A DNA stretch of 64,000 nucleotides from an uncultured Gammaproteobacteria bacterium (GTDB lineage Bacteria > Patescibacteriota > Patescibacteriia > Magasanikbacterales > GWA2-37-8), in assembly GCA_964540825.1 (NCBI GenBank), contig CAZINT010000002.1:64477-128476 (forward strand), read 5' to 3'. This document shows, one piece after another, positions 1-9,474 of this stretch. The notes under the pieces are model-generated. The model did no database searches and was not told where the DNA came from. It worked only from the letters and a program-made list of their open reading frames with translations. A program made the position numbers and the translations under genes. Positions within the stretch are counted from its first letter, which is position 1, and each line of letters begins with the position of its first letter.

Positions 1-59
1 CTCAATACACGAGTAAAACAATTGCCATTTATTGGAGCCAGATAAAAAAACATGGTCTT

Positions 60-1757
60 TTGGTACTGATAACCTGGACTGCAGCTATTGCCGCTGCGAG
101 CTTAGCGGTTATCAGTCCGCTTTATTTTAAGCGTTTTTTTGACATACTTTCAACCGGGAGCCCCAGCGACAGCACTTCAGCAATGCTTATTACAACGCTT
201 GGCGTAATCGCTTTTTTGGAAATTTTACGCTGGCTTGCCTGGCGCATTGCGCTTGTTCCAAACACAAAATATCAGGCGCAAGTATTAGCAGAGCTCGCCG
301 AAAAATGCTTTGCGTATCTGCATAAGCATTCTTTTTCTTATTTCAATAACAATTTTGTGGGCACGCTGGTAAAACGGGTTAACTGGTTTACGAAGGCATT
401 TGAGGGAATTATGGATCGTTTTACCTTTAATCTACTACCCCTCCTTACAAACTTAGTAGTAATTTTTTATGTGCTGAGTCGTAAAAATGCCTGGCTCGGA
501 CTCGCAATAGGTATTTGGATTGTTGTTTTTTTAGTTATTAATTGGTTTTTGACTAAATATAAACTTAAATTTGATATTCAGCGTAACGAGGCAGAATCGG
601 AAAGCACGGCAATTTTGGCAGATACCATTACCAATAACGCCAACGTAAAATTATTTTGCGGCTATGATCGTGAAGTAAATGGTTTTAAAGCGGCACTTGA
701 AAAAGTTAGAAAAATCCGTCAATTTACCTGGACGCTCGATAATATCGTAGACGGAGTGCAAGGACTTATGGTTTTTCTCCTTGAAATGGGCATTTTTTAT
801 GTAGCCATCGGTCTTTGGAGACAAGGTATTTTAACGGTAGGAGACTTCGTGTTGATTCAGTCGTACGTTATTATTATTTTTGATAAAGTGTGGGATTTTG
901 GCAAAATTATTCGCCACATTTATTCAAACTTGGCAGATGCGGAAGAAATGACTGTTATGCTTTCAACACCGCACGAAATTCAGGACGTACATAATGCCGG
1001 AATATTAGCTATAATAAAAGGTGAAATAGAATTTAAAGAGGTTGATTTTTACTATCACGAAACTCGTAAAATTTTCTCACATTTCAACCTCCATATTGCG
1101 CCGCACGAAAAAGTAGCTTTTGTAGGGCCTTCGGGGGCAGGTAAATCAACAATCGTGAAGCTGCTTTTACGCATGCATGATGTCGCCCGAGGAAAAATAC
1201 TTATTGATGGACAGAAAATCGATCATGTAACTCAAGAAAGCTTGTGGGCAGCAATCAGTTTGGTGCCTCAGGACCCCATATTATTTCATCGGTCACTCCT
1301 CGAAAATATCCGCTACGGCAAGCCAGAGGCTGCAGACGAGGAAGTTTTCGAGGCTGCGCGTAAAGCTCATTGCCATGAATTCATTAGCGGCTTTCCAGAA
1401 GGTTACAGCACGATGGTTGGCGAGCGCGGCATCAAACTTTCCGGCGGCGAACGTCAGCGCGTAGCAATTGCCCGCGCCATACTTCGCAATGCGCCGATTT
1501 TAGTTTTGGACGAAGCAACGTCGAGCCTTGATTCTGAATCTGAAGCAATGATCCAAGATGCTTTGGCTACCCTTATGAAAAATAAAACGGTTATTGTGGT
1601 GGCTCATCGACTTTCCACAATTATGAAAATGGATCGTATTGTTGTTGTTGATCACGGTGAGATTGTCGAAAGCGGAACACATGCTCAGCTGCTTAGAAAA
1701 AAGGCGGGAATGTATAAAAATTTGTGGACGCTTCAGGCGGGAGGGTTTATTGCCTAA
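60..1757 (+). CDS. ABC transporter, fused permease/ATP-binding protein (MsbA-like exporter); N-terminus probably continues upstream of the window
   Basis: Walker A GPSGAGKST, ABC signature LSGGERQRVAIARA, Walker B ILVLDEATSSLD, H-loop region; N-terminal hydrophobic TM segments; TTG at 60 with no in-frame stop between position 3 and 60. Confidence 0.9.
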   Translation: MVLITWTAAIAAASLAVISPLYFKRFFDILSTGSPSDSTSAMLITTLGVIAFLEILRWLAWRIALVPNTKYQAQVLAELAEKCFAYLHKHSFSYFNNNFVGTLVKRVNWFTKAFEGIMDRFTFNLLPLLTNLVVIFYVLSRKNAWLGLAIGIWIVVFLVINWFLTKYKLKFDIQRNEAESESTAILADTITNNANVKLFCGYDREVNGFKAALEKVRKIRQFTWTLDNIVDGVQGLMVFLLEMGIFYVAIGLWRQGILTVGDFVLIQSYVIIIFDKVWDFGKIIRHIYSNLADAEEMTVMLSTPHEIQDVHNAGILAIIKGEIEFKEVDFYYHETRKIFSHFNLHIAPHEKVAFVGPSGAGKSTIVKLLLRMHDVARGKILIDGQKIDHVTQESLWAAISLVPQDPILFHRSLLENIRYGKPEAADEEVFEAARKAHCHEFISGFPEGYSTMVGERGIKLSGGERQRVAIARAILRNAPILVLDEATSSLDSESEAMIQDALATLMKNKTVIVVAHRLSTIMKMDRIVVVDHGEIVESGTHAQLLRKKAGMYKNLWTLQAGGFIA

Positions 1758-1786
1758 ACTCTTTATAGATCAATTATAAAAGCAAA

Positions 1787-1818
1787 GAACGAACGGTGAC
1801 GCGGCCGTTCGTTCAAAA
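1787..1818. terminator. bidirectional hairpin terminator between the ABC transporter gene and the convergent GC-rich small gene
   Basis: perfect 10-bp inverted repeat GAACGAACGG (1787-1796) / CCGTTCGTTC (1805-1814) with 8-nt loop; T-rich on the minus strand side, AAAATCTT on the plus side. Confidence 0.6.
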
Positions 1819-1837
1819 TCTTAGGACTTGTCCACCC

Positions 1838-2038
1838 CTAGAGCTTGCAGGGGGGCTCGGGTGGAGGGTCGTCAGGGGGCGGGGGAGGCGGAGGGGGCGG
1901 AGCCGAGGGCGGACCGGTAGGTTCTGGGCATGGATCTGGTCTTTCGGCGCTGAACCCGGTCGGATCAAAGCACTTTGCGGGAAGGACACGAGCAGTGCCC
2001 AGCGTGGACAGCAAGCTTATGGCAAGCAATGTGCGCAT
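1838..2038 (-). CDS. small secreted proline-rich peptide (about 66 aa) encoded in a GC-rich island
   Basis: strong SD GGAGGTG 8 nt upstream of ATG at 2038; N-terminal hydrophobic signal-like segment MRTLLAISLLSTLGTARV; poly-Pro tract PPPPPPPPPDDPPPEPP; 3 Cys; local GC far above window average. Confidence 0.5.
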   Translation of the reverse strand: MRTLLAISLLSTLGTARVLPAKCFDPTGFSAERPDPCPEPTGPPSAPPPPPPPPPDDPPPEPPCKL

Positions 2039-2068
2039 TCCTGTTTCACCTCCTTTCCGGTGCCAGGA

Positions 2069-2099
2069 TAAAGGTGCGGTTTCTTCGCACACCTTTTTA
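2069..2099 (+). terminator. hairpin plus T-run (terminator-like) in the leader region of the minus-strand peptide gene; function unclear
   Basis: AGGTGCG (2072-2078) ... CGCACACCT (2086-2094) imperfect stem followed by TTTTT. Confidence 0.3.
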
Positions 2100-2189
2100 G
2101 GTTTTTGCGTCGACTAACCTAAAAGCGAAGAAATTTACCCTAGCATCGTTTCCGGTCGACGTCAAGATACTTGCCAAAATAAGCCAAAT

Positions 2190-3284
2190 TTGATAGAGTT
2201 TATCGACTATATGGCTTCTCAATATCAACAACTTAAAGAAATTTTGGCTAAAGAGCCGCGATATCGCCAAAACCAAGTTCAAAAAGCTTGGTTTGATTGG
2301 AATATTTCCGGTTACGAACAAATTACGACTTTGCCCATTGATCTGCGCGAATCCCTGAAGGGCTTTCCTTGGTTTTCGGTAAATACCCATACGCTTTTAA
2401 CCAGCAAGGAAGACAATACTCGCAAAGTACTTTTGGAGCTCCACGACAAACAATACGTAGAAATGGTTATCATGGGCCGTGAAAATATTAAAAAAGATGC
2501 GAGTGATGACGCGCCCGACCGTTACACCATCTGCGTTTCTTGCCAAGCTGGCTGCCCTATGAAGTGTGCTTTTTGCGCGACCGGTAAACAGGGTTTTAAA
2601 CGCAATCTTTCGGCTCAAGAAATTGTTGATCAGTATCGCTACGCACAGAAAATTTTGGTTGGCGAAGGTGCGCGTGTGGCCAACATTGTGTTTATGGGTC
2701 AGGGAGAACCGATGCTTAATTATGAAAATGTTAAAGAAGCGATTAAAATTTTACTTGCCAACACTGACTTAGGAGAAACAAAAATCACTGTTTCTACAGC
2801 GGGCGTTGTACCGAGTATGGAAAAATTATTAAAGGATGATTTTCCCCCCGTGCGCTGGGCAATTTCGCTCCATAGCGCCATTGAAGCGTCGCGCAAAGAA
2901 ATTATGCCTTCAAACCCTAATGGTTTCTTAGATTTTTTGGTACGCTGGTCAAACGACTATCACACTCGTTTTCCAAGCAAGTCTCATTTTATCGGACTTG
3001 AGTATATTATGCTCGGCGGGGTAAACGATGACGAAAAACATCTGCAGGCACTCATCAAACTAATTCGTCGTATGCCGCACGTTCGGGTCAATTTGATTCC
3101 GTATAATAATATTTCTGATGAAATTGTTGATAACAAATCTGTTTTTGGACGCACCCCGCACGAACAAATCGAACACTGGCACGAAGAGATTATGAAGGCT
3201 GGCTTTATTTCAACTATTCGCTACTCGCAAGGGCAAGATATTGCCGCCGCGTGCGGACAGCTCCGGAACAAAGCAGAAGTCTAA
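2190..3284 (+). CDS. rlmN: 23S rRNA (adenine2503-C2)-methyltransferase RlmN, radical SAM
   Basis: CxxxCxxC radical SAM motif region CVSCQAGCPMKCAFCATG; RlmN-like N-terminus and C-terminal catalytic Cys (AAACGQL). Confidence 0.85.
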   Translation: MIEFIDYMASQYQQLKEILAKEPRYRQNQVQKAWFDWNISGYEQITTLPIDLRESLKGFPWFSVNTHTLLTSKEDNTRKVLLELHDKQYVEMVIMGRENIKKDASDDAPDRYTICVSCQAGCPMKCAFCATGKQGFKRNLSAQEIVDQYRYAQKILVGEGARVANIVFMGQGEPMLNYENVKEAIKILLANTDLGETKITVSTAGVVPSMEKLLKDDFPPVRWAISLHSAIEASRKEIMPSNPNGFLDFLVRWSNDYHTRFPSKSHFIGLEYIMLGGVNDDEKHLQALIKLIRRMPHVRVNLIPYNNISDEIVDNKSVFGRTPHEQIEHWHEEIMKAGFISTIRYSQGQDIAAACGQLRNKAEV

Positions 3285-3290
3285 ACTATT

Positions 3291-3321
3291 AAAAAACAGG
3301 CCGAAAAAGCCTGTTTTTTAA
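3291..3321. terminator. rho-independent terminator after rlmN
   Basis: AAAAAACAGGCcgaaaaaGCCTGTTTTTT; A-run before and T-run after the stem. Confidence 0.8.
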
Positions 3322-3329
3322 TTATTTAC

Positions 3330-3358
3330 GAAGGTTTGCAAGCTCGCTGCGCCTACGC
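3330..3358 (+). promoter_or_regulatory. sigma70-like promoter for the helicase-nuclease gene
   Basis: -35 TTGCAA, 17-nt spacer, -10 TATACT; 20 nt upstream of ATG at 3378. Confidence 0.55.
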
Positions 3359-3377
3359 TATACTACCCGTTAAGAAT

Positions 3378-6314
3378 ATGAAAACACTCAACACGGCCCA
3401 GCAGGAAGCGGTTGATTACGTCGGCGGCCCGCTGCTTATCGTAGCTGGAGCAGGAACCGGTAAAACGGCGGTAATTACCCAAAAAATAGCATCGCTCATT
3501 GAGCGCAAATTAGCGTTGCCTGAACAAGTTTTAGCGCTCACCTTTACTGATAAAGCCGCTGGAGAAATGCGCGAACGCGCAGACGCGTTGATCGGATCAA
3601 CCTATTCCTCGGTAGAAGTTTCAACTTTCCACTCATTTTGTCAGCGTATTCTGGAAGACTACGCTCTGGATATCGGTCTTCCAAATCGTTTTAAGCTTCT
3701 TACAACTACCGAAACATGGCTTCTTGTCCGCGAAAAATTGGATCGTTTTAAGCTTGATTACTATCGCCCGATGGCCAACCCGGAGCGGCATATCCATGAA
3801 CTCATTAAACACTTCAATAAATGTAAAGATGAGCTCGTTAGTCCGGAAGAATATTTGGCGCACGCTGAAAGTGTCGCCATGGAAGCCGGGGATACGAACG
3901 CGATTGAAAAAAATCGTTTATCTGAAGTTGCGAACGCGTACCATGTTTACAACCGGATACTGCTTGAAAATAACGCACTTGATTTTGGTGACTTATTATT
4001 CTATGTCATTAAACTGTTTCGTGAGCGCCCACACATTCTCTCTAAAATACAAAAACATTTTAAATTTATTCTTGTCGATGAATTCCAAGACGTTAATTGG
4101 GCACAGTATGTACTCGTTCGTCTCTTAGCCAACGATCAAAGTCAATTAACCGTGGTAGGGGATGATGACCAAAGTATTTACGCTTTTCGCGGGGCTTCAG
4201 TTTCCAATATTTTGCGTTTTAAAGACGATTTCCCAAATGCCAAAAATATTATTCTAACCAGTAACTACCGCTCTCAACAAATCATTCTTGATGCGGCATA
4301 TTGTCTCATCCAGAATAATAATCCCGATCGTCTTGAAGTTAAATTACAAATTGACAAACACTTAACTGCTGAGCTGCCCGTTACTGAAAAGGGCGTGATC
4401 GAACATATCAGCGTTGCTTCCGCCCACGACGAAGTCCGGGCTGTTTTAGAAAAAATAGCTGAACTCAAAAACCTTAATTCAGAAACAAAATGGTCAGACT
4501 TTGCAGTGTTGGCACGCGCTAACGGGCACCTTGAACCTTTTGTAGATGCGCTGGGGAAAGCTGGAATACCCTACGAATTTTTGGCTTCGAGCGGCCTGTA
4601 CAGTCAAAGCAGCATTTTAGATTGTCTTAATTTCTTTAAGGCCATAGTCAACAATCAGGATTCTACAGCTATCTATCGGCTTATTACCATGCCTTTTTTG
4701 CATTTGAGTGCCCATGATTTGCAGAAATTTACGTACCACGCCAAGAAAAAAAGTATTTCGTATGCAGAGGCGCTTAAACGGGCGCGTGAATTTGGTTTGT
4801 CGGAAGAGGGTGTTCAAACTATCGAGCGTGTCAGATCGTTTCTCAACGAAGGCGCTAAAGGAATAACAGCCAAAAAACCCTCCCTTTTGTTATTAGGTTT
4901 TCTTGACGCCAGCGGTTACAAACAATTTTTGGCCGACGAAGATATGGCCGGGCGTATGTCGATTAGCCGGCAGGCACTTCTCTTGACGCAGTTTTTGGAA
5001 GAAGTAATTGCTTATGAAATAGCTCACCCTGGCGAAGCGCATGTGGCCGGCTTTTTAGAACATTTCAACCACGTGGTTGAGTCAGGAGACGAAGGAAGTC
5101 TTAAGCAAAATCTTGATGTAGCGCACGAAGCTGTGCGAGTCATGACCGTGCACGCCTCAAAGGGTCTGGAATTTAAATATGTATTTGTAGTGAACGTTGT
5201 AGAAGAACGCTTTCCTACCCGCCGACGCGGGGAGGCAATCGAGTTACCTGCCGAACTGATTAAAGAACAGCTGCCGAGCGGAGATAGTCACTATGAAGAA
5301 GAGCGGCGTCTTATGTACGTAGCGGTTACACGCGCTAAAGACCGTTTGTACTGCACAAGCGCAAGTGACTACGGCGGCGTTCGAGCAAAAAAGGTGAGCC
5401 GATTTTTACATGAAATGAAGTGTGCGAATGGCGATGCGAAACTGTTTGTTCAAGAAAAGCCTGCGTTTATCGCTCCGGAACCAGAAAAAATAACCCCTTT
5501 TATATACGATACACCGGCCAGCTTTTCATTTTCGCAGCTTAAAAGCTACGAAACATGCCCGTATCAATACAAACTAGCCCACGTTATTAAAATCCCACAG
5601 CCAGCAGGGAACGCCAGCTTTAGCTTTGGGCAAACCATGCATAGCACCCTCCAAAAATTTTACGAACGCATGCAGGAATTGAATAGTTTAAAACAAGTGT
5701 CGCTTTTTAGCCAAGAACCAGCTCAAAAATCTGGCAATGAAATTAAAGTGCCGGCGTTTGAGGAACTCTTAAAAATATATGAGCAGGTTTGGATAGAGGA
5801 TTGGTACAAAGATAAAGCGCAGCGTGAAGAATATTACGCCAAAGGCAAAGAGATTTTAAGGACTTTTTATGCGAGTCATGAAGGAAAATGGAATGTACCA
5901 ATAACGCTCGAAGGCGGATTTAAGATTAAAGTCGGCGATTATCTTATTAATGGACGTATTGATCGCATTGATCAGTTGCCTGATGGCACCCTTGAAATCA
6001 TTGACTATAAAACCGGGAAACCCAAAGAAAAAATTGTTGGTAGCGATAAAGACCAGCTGCTTTTGTACCAAATCGCTACTGAAGAACTGCCTCAGTATCG
6101 TCATTTAGGTGCAACGCAAAAATTAACCTTTTATTATCTTAATGATAATAGCCAAATTTCTTTTGTCGGTTCAGAAAAAGAGCTTGCAACACTTAAGGAA
6201 AAATTAATTGAAACAATCAATCAGATTCGTTCTGGTGACTTTACTCCTACGCCAAGTACGTTTGTTTGCGGCAGCTGCCCCTATAAAGATATTTGTGCTT
6301 ATCGTGTACTATGA
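3378..6314 (+). CDS. UvrD/PcrA-family ATP-dependent helicase fused to a C-terminal PD-(D/E)XK Cas4/AddB-type Fe-S nuclease domain
   Basis: N-terminal MKTLNTAQQEAV...GAGTGKT (Walker A), DEFQD (Walker B), VVGDDDQSIYAFRGA; C-terminal GRIDRID...EIIDYKTGK nuclease motifs plus Cys set ETCPYQY ... CGSCPYKDIC typical of Fe-S RecB-like nucleases; ATG at 3378 chosen over the upstream TTG of the ORF track. Confidence 0.85.
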   Translation: MKTLNTAQQEAVDYVGGPLLIVAGAGTGKTAVITQKIASLIERKLALPEQVLALTFTDKAAGEMRERADALIGSTYSSVEVSTFHSFCQRILEDYALDIGLPNRFKLLTTTETWLLVREKLDRFKLDYYRPMANPERHIHELIKHFNKCKDELVSPEEYLAHAESVAMEAGDTNAIEKNRLSEVANAYHVYNRILLENNALDFGDLLFYVIKLFRERPHILSKIQKHFKFILVDEFQDVNWAQYVLVRLLANDQSQLTVVGDDDQSIYAFRGASVSNILRFKDDFPNAKNIILTSNYRSQQIILDAAYCLIQNNNPDRLEVKLQIDKHLTAELPVTEKGVIEHISVASAHDEVRAVLEKIAELKNLNSETKWSDFAVLARANGHLEPFVDALGKAGIPYEFLASSGLYSQSSILDCLNFFKAIVNNQDSTAIYRLITMPFLHLSAHDLQKFTYHAKKKSISYAEALKRAREFGLSEEGVQTIERVRSFLNEGAKGITAKKPSLLLLGFLDASGYKQFLADEDMAGRMSISRQALLLTQFLEEVIAYEIAHPGEAHVAGFLEHFNHVVESGDEGSLKQNLDVAHEAVRVMTVHASKGLEFKYVFVVNVVEERFPTRRRGEAIELPAELIKEQLPSGDSHYEEERRLMYVAVTRAKDRLYCTSASDYGGVRAKKVSRFLHEMKCANGDAKLFVQEKPAFIAPEPEKITPFIYDTPASFSFSQLKSYETCPYQYKLAHVIKIPQPAGNASFSFGQTMHSTLQKFYERMQELNSLKQVSLFSQEPAQKSGNEIKVPAFEELLKIYEQVWIEDWYKDKAQREEYYAKGKEILRTFYASHEGKWNVPITLEGGFKIKVGDYLINGRIDRIDQLPDGTLEIIDYKTGKPKEKIVGSDKDQLLLYQIATEELPQYRHLGATQKLTFYYLNDNSQISFVGSEKELATLKEKLIETINQIRSGDFTPTPSTFVCGSCPYKDICAYRVL

Positions 6315-6598
6315 AGTTAATCGGCAGCATTTTAGAACGTCACTCTAAGGCCGGCATGTTTCAGGGGGTAAGTGCCGCGATGGCAATTGAAATTGCTGAA
6401 CAGGTGCTCGAGAAGGCTTGGGGGGCAAAAATCAAAGAATATGCTAAGCCTCTGTATGTCAAACATCGAACTATGGCTATAGCCTGTATCAGCTCTGTAA
6501 TAGCGCAGGAAATTCGCTTTCGTGAAGCAGAAATAATAAAAGAAATTAACGAAAAACTAGGCCAAGAAGCAGTGGTAAAACTGCGGTATTTAGACTAA
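6311..6598 (+). CDS. DUF721 family protein (zinc-ribbon-like small protein often linked to replication/repair genes)
   Basis: motifs KPLYVKHRTMAIACISSVIAQEIRFREAEII and VVKLRY typical of DUF721; ATG at 6311 overlaps the helicase stop TGA (ATGA), implying translational coupling. Confidence 0.6.
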   Translation: MKLIGSILERHSKAGMFQGVSAAMAIEIAEQVLEKAWGAKIKEYAKPLYVKHRTMAIACISSVIAQEIRFREAEIIKEINEKLGQEAVVKLRYLD

Positions 6599-6618
6599 AA
6601 AACTGGTTCACACGCAGT

Positions 6619-7068
6619 TTGCCAGATAGACTTATTTTTGATATACTTACCGCTCTAAACAAGAGTATGCATTTACGCCATTATCTTCTCTTAATGTCGC
6701 TTGGAACTGCGCTGTGCTGGGCTTCCCTGGCCTTTATCATTTGGAGTGTAAACCCGTTTGATGCAGGAGTCTTTGTGATTGGTTTTTTTTACTTAGCGTT
6801 GTTCTTGGCTATCATGGGAAGTTTTTCGGTTATCGGTTTTTTGGTCAGGCGTTTAATTATCAAGAACGATGAGATTATTTTTCGTCATGTCAAAAAAACC
6901 TTTCGCCAAAGCATTGTTCTTAGTGTCTTTATCATTGTTGCGCTCATGCTTGCGCATGCGGGCTTTCTGGCCTGGTGGAATAGCATTATTCTCATTATCT
7001 TGTTTGGAGTTATTGAAGGAGTAGTGTTTACGAACCGTAAGTTTAGCAATCACGATTATGTTGCCTAA
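6619..7068 (+). CDS. hypothetical integral membrane protein (4 predicted TM helices)
   Basis: four long hydrophobic stretches; no recognisable motif. Confidence 0.5.
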   Translation: MPDRLIFDILTALNKSMHLRHYLLLMSLGTALCWASLAFIIWSVNPFDAGVFVIGFFYLALFLAIMGSFSVIGFLVRRLIIKNDEIIFRHVKKTFRQSIVLSVFIIVALMLAHAGFLAWWNSIILIILFGVIEGVVFTNRKFSNHDYVA

Positions 7069-8104
7069 AGTATTTGGACGTTTTAGAAAGGAACTGGGTA
7101 TTGATCTTGGAACCGCCAACACCCTTGTGTACGTCAAGGGCAGGGGAGTTGTTATCAACGAACCCAGTATTGTTGCAATTAACACCCGTACCGAACAGAT
7201 TTTGGCCGTGGGCAATGAAGCCAAGGAGATGCTGGGTAAAACCCCGCCGCACATTGTTACCACCCGCCCCTTAACTAACGGCATCATCTCGGATTTTGAA
7301 GTAGCTGAAAAAATGCTGCGCTATTTTATTGACAAAGTATACGAAGATACCGGCATGAGCTTTTTTTCAAAGCCAAAAGTCGTTATTGGCGCGCCGGTTA
7401 ATATTACTGAAGTAGAACGCAAAGCTATTGCCGACGCAATCATTAATGCCGGAGCGCGCGAAGTATGGATTGTCGAAGAGCCGATGGCTTCGGCGATCGG
7501 ATCGCGCATGCCTGCTCGCGACCCTATTGGCAACATGGTTATTGAAATAGGCGGGGGAACGACTGAAATTGCCGTTATATCGCTCAGCGGTATTGCTGCT
7601 AAAAAATCAATCAAAATTGCGGGTGACGAACTGAACCGCAACATCATTCAATACGCGCGTGATGTTTTTAAATTACTTTTAGGCGAGCGTCAGGCTGAAG
7701 AAATTAAAATAAAAATCGGTTCAGCGATTGAACTCTCTGAACCTATGGAATTTCCAATGCGCGGCCGTGATCTAGTAACTGGCCTGCCGCGCGAGGTAAT
7801 GATTAACGATTCGGAAGTCCGCGAGGCAATGATTAAATCGCTTCGAACAATCGTAGAAAGTATTAAGGCAACCCTGGAAATCACTCCGCCAGAACTTGTA
7901 GCCGATATCCATGAACGTGGTATTTTACTTTCCGGCGGGGGATCGCTCTTACGCGGTTTTGATCGCCTCATTGGTAAAGCCCTTGAAATCCCGGTTCGCA
8001 TTGCTGACGACCCGCTTACATCGGTTGTACGTGGTGCAGGAATATTACTCGATGAACCCGAACTTCTTCAGGAAGTGGCTGTCTGGCCAACTTCCCATAA
8101 ATAA
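7058..8104 (+). CDS. mreB: rod shape-determining protein MreB (actin homologue)
   Basis: GIDLGTANTLVYV, EPSIVA, IGGGTTEIAVISL phosphate/adenosine motifs of the actin/Hsp70 fold. Confidence 0.95.
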   Translation: MLPKVFGRFRKELGIDLGTANTLVYVKGRGVVINEPSIVAINTRTEQILAVGNEAKEMLGKTPPHIVTTRPLTNGIISDFEVAEKMLRYFIDKVYEDTGMSFFSKPKVVIGAPVNITEVERKAIADAIINAGAREVWIVEEPMASAIGSRMPARDPIGNMVIEIGGGTTEIAVISLSGIAAKKSIKIAGDELNRNIIQYARDVFKLLLGERQAEEIKIKIGSAIELSEPMEFPMRGRDLVTGLPREVMINDSEVREAMIKSLRTIVESIKATLEITPPELVADIHERGILLSGGGSLLRGFDRLIGKALEIPVRIADDPLTSVVRGAGILLDEPELLQEVAVWPTSHK

Positions 8105-8118
8105 AGCAGTTACTTTGT

Positions 8119-8928
8119 ATGTTTGATAAACGGTCTAAGAAAACATACCCGTATATCGGCGTAATTTTATTGTTGTTAATTGGTTTGCACTATACGGGGC
8201 TTATTTCTGGCCTAGAAAATTTTTTGCGCTCACTCGTAATTGCTCCATTTACCGGCGTGCATTCTTTTAGCGTTAAGACGGGGACTGACTACCAGTTTTT
8301 TAAAGACAAAGAGGCGTTTATGAGTGCGTACAATGCCTGTCTTAAGGATGCGGGCCAAACAAATGTCTTAAGCGCTCAAATTAAACTGCTTCAAAAAGAC
8401 AATGCAGAACTGCGCAAGCAATTAGAATTTAAACAAAAGCAGGCAACCCAAAGTATCGCAGCCGAAGTTGTTGGAAATAATTTAGACGGCGCCGAGCAAA
8501 CGCTGGTCATAAATCAAGGAAGTCAGGCTGGGGTCGCAATTGACCAGCCGGTAGTGGTTGGTGACGGAATTTTAGTTGGAAAAGTCATTAAGGCCGAAGA
8601 AGCAATTGCTATGGTTCGGTTGATTAACGATAACCGCAGTAAAATCGGAGCAACAGTCCTTAATGACGAAACAAGTCAGGGGGTCGTTGAAGGTGGCTAC
8701 GGAATCAGTTTGCGAATGCAGTTTATTCCTCGCAATGAAACCGTTCAAGTCGGGCAGCAAATTGTCACCTCCGGATTGGAAGACAAAATTCCCCGCGGTC
8801 TTTTGATCGGGACAGTTGCAGTGGTCGAAAACGAAGCATACCAGCCATTTCAACAAGCGATTCTTACTCCAGCGGTAAATCTTACTAAGCTAACCTTGGT
8901 AACCGTGCTTACCGATGTTCATAAATAG
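8119..8928 (+). CDS. mreC: rod shape-determining protein MreC
   Basis: N-terminal TM, coiled-coil segment (LQKDNAELRKQLEFKQ), C-terminal beta-domains with GDGILVGKV motif; gene order mreB-mreC-mreD. Confidence 0.85.
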   Translation: MFDKRSKKTYPYIGVILLLLIGLHYTGLISGLENFLRSLVIAPFTGVHSFSVKTGTDYQFFKDKEAFMSAYNACLKDAGQTNVLSAQIKLLQKDNAELRKQLEFKQKQATQSIAAEVVGNNLDGAEQTLVINQGSQAGVAIDQPVVVGDGILVGKVIKAEEAIAMVRLINDNRSKIGATVLNDETSQGVVEGGYGISLRMQFIPRNETVQVGQQIVTSGLEDKIPRGLLIGTVAVVENEAYQPFQQAILTPAVNLTKLTLVTVLTDVHK

Positions 8929-8931
8929 CCT

Positions 8932-9471
8932 ATGCTTCGCTGGATTTTTCGTATTTGCCTTACCATTCTTATTATCACTATTATCATAGTGCTTCAAATT
9001 AGTGTGCGCGAATTTTTGCCCTTTCCATTTAACCATATTAATATACTTTTTTTAAGCTTAATCTGGCTCATACTGTTTACCAACAGTACCAGCGTGCTTT
9101 GGGTGGTTCTGCCGCCCACAATACTCCTCGAACTTTTTTCACCGCTACCGTTTGGTCTTAATAGTATTGCGCTGGTCACCGGACTCTGCGTTTCAAGCTG
9201 GCTTTTATTAGCGCTTTTCACCAATCATTCAAGCGCAATTGCTTTTTTGGTAGGTCTTATCGGCATGGTAGTATATCGGATTTTATTTTTACTGCTTACC
9301 TTTTTTGCGACTTTCTTTAAGTACCAGCTTGTTTTTTCTGGAAATGTTGCGCTCGAATGGTTGGCCGAAATTATCCTGACCAACATCTTTTTGGTTGTTG
9401 CTTATTTTATCAGCCAAAGATTTTTCAAACGTCTCCAGCCGCAATACGTTAAACTTAACCCATTACGTTAG
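8932..9471 (+). CDS. mreD: rod shape-determining protein MreD (polytopic membrane protein)
   Basis: 179-aa multi-TM protein immediately after mreC and before PBP2. Confidence 0.6.
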   Translation: MLRWIFRICLTILIITIIIVLQISVREFLPFPFNHINILFLSLIWLILFTNSTSVLWVVLPPTILLELFSPLPFGLNSIALVTGLCVSSWLLLALFTNHSSAIAFLVGLIGMVVYRILFLLLTFFATFFKYQLVFSGNVALEWLAEIILTNIFLVVAYFISQRFFKRLQPQYVKLNPLR

Positions 9472-9474
9472 CCT

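Noticed and set aside
1815-2100. Possibility that the first GC-rich island is a structured housekeeping RNA (SRP RNA, RNase P RNA, tmRNA, 6S)
   Set aside because: Neither strand shows the conserved RNase P P4/GGUGAAA...GCGCACC blocks, the tmRNA 5' GGGG...3' T-arm/CCA end, or the SRP domain IV CAGGUCAGGUCCGGAAGGAAGCAGC motif. Only a faint CCGGAAAGGAGG resemblance, which is in fact the SD. Kept only as something to exclude with Rfam.
1796-2117. Plus-strand ORFs 1796-2071 and 1845-2117 (Arg-rich and poly-Gly translations) in the first GC-rich island
   Set aside because: Both begin at TTG/non-ATG codons, start inside or run across the terminator hairpin and have no SD. The minus-strand peptide ORF has a strong SD and signal-like N-terminus. 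Poly-Gly and poly-Arg are the expected junk translations of a poly-Pro coding strand.
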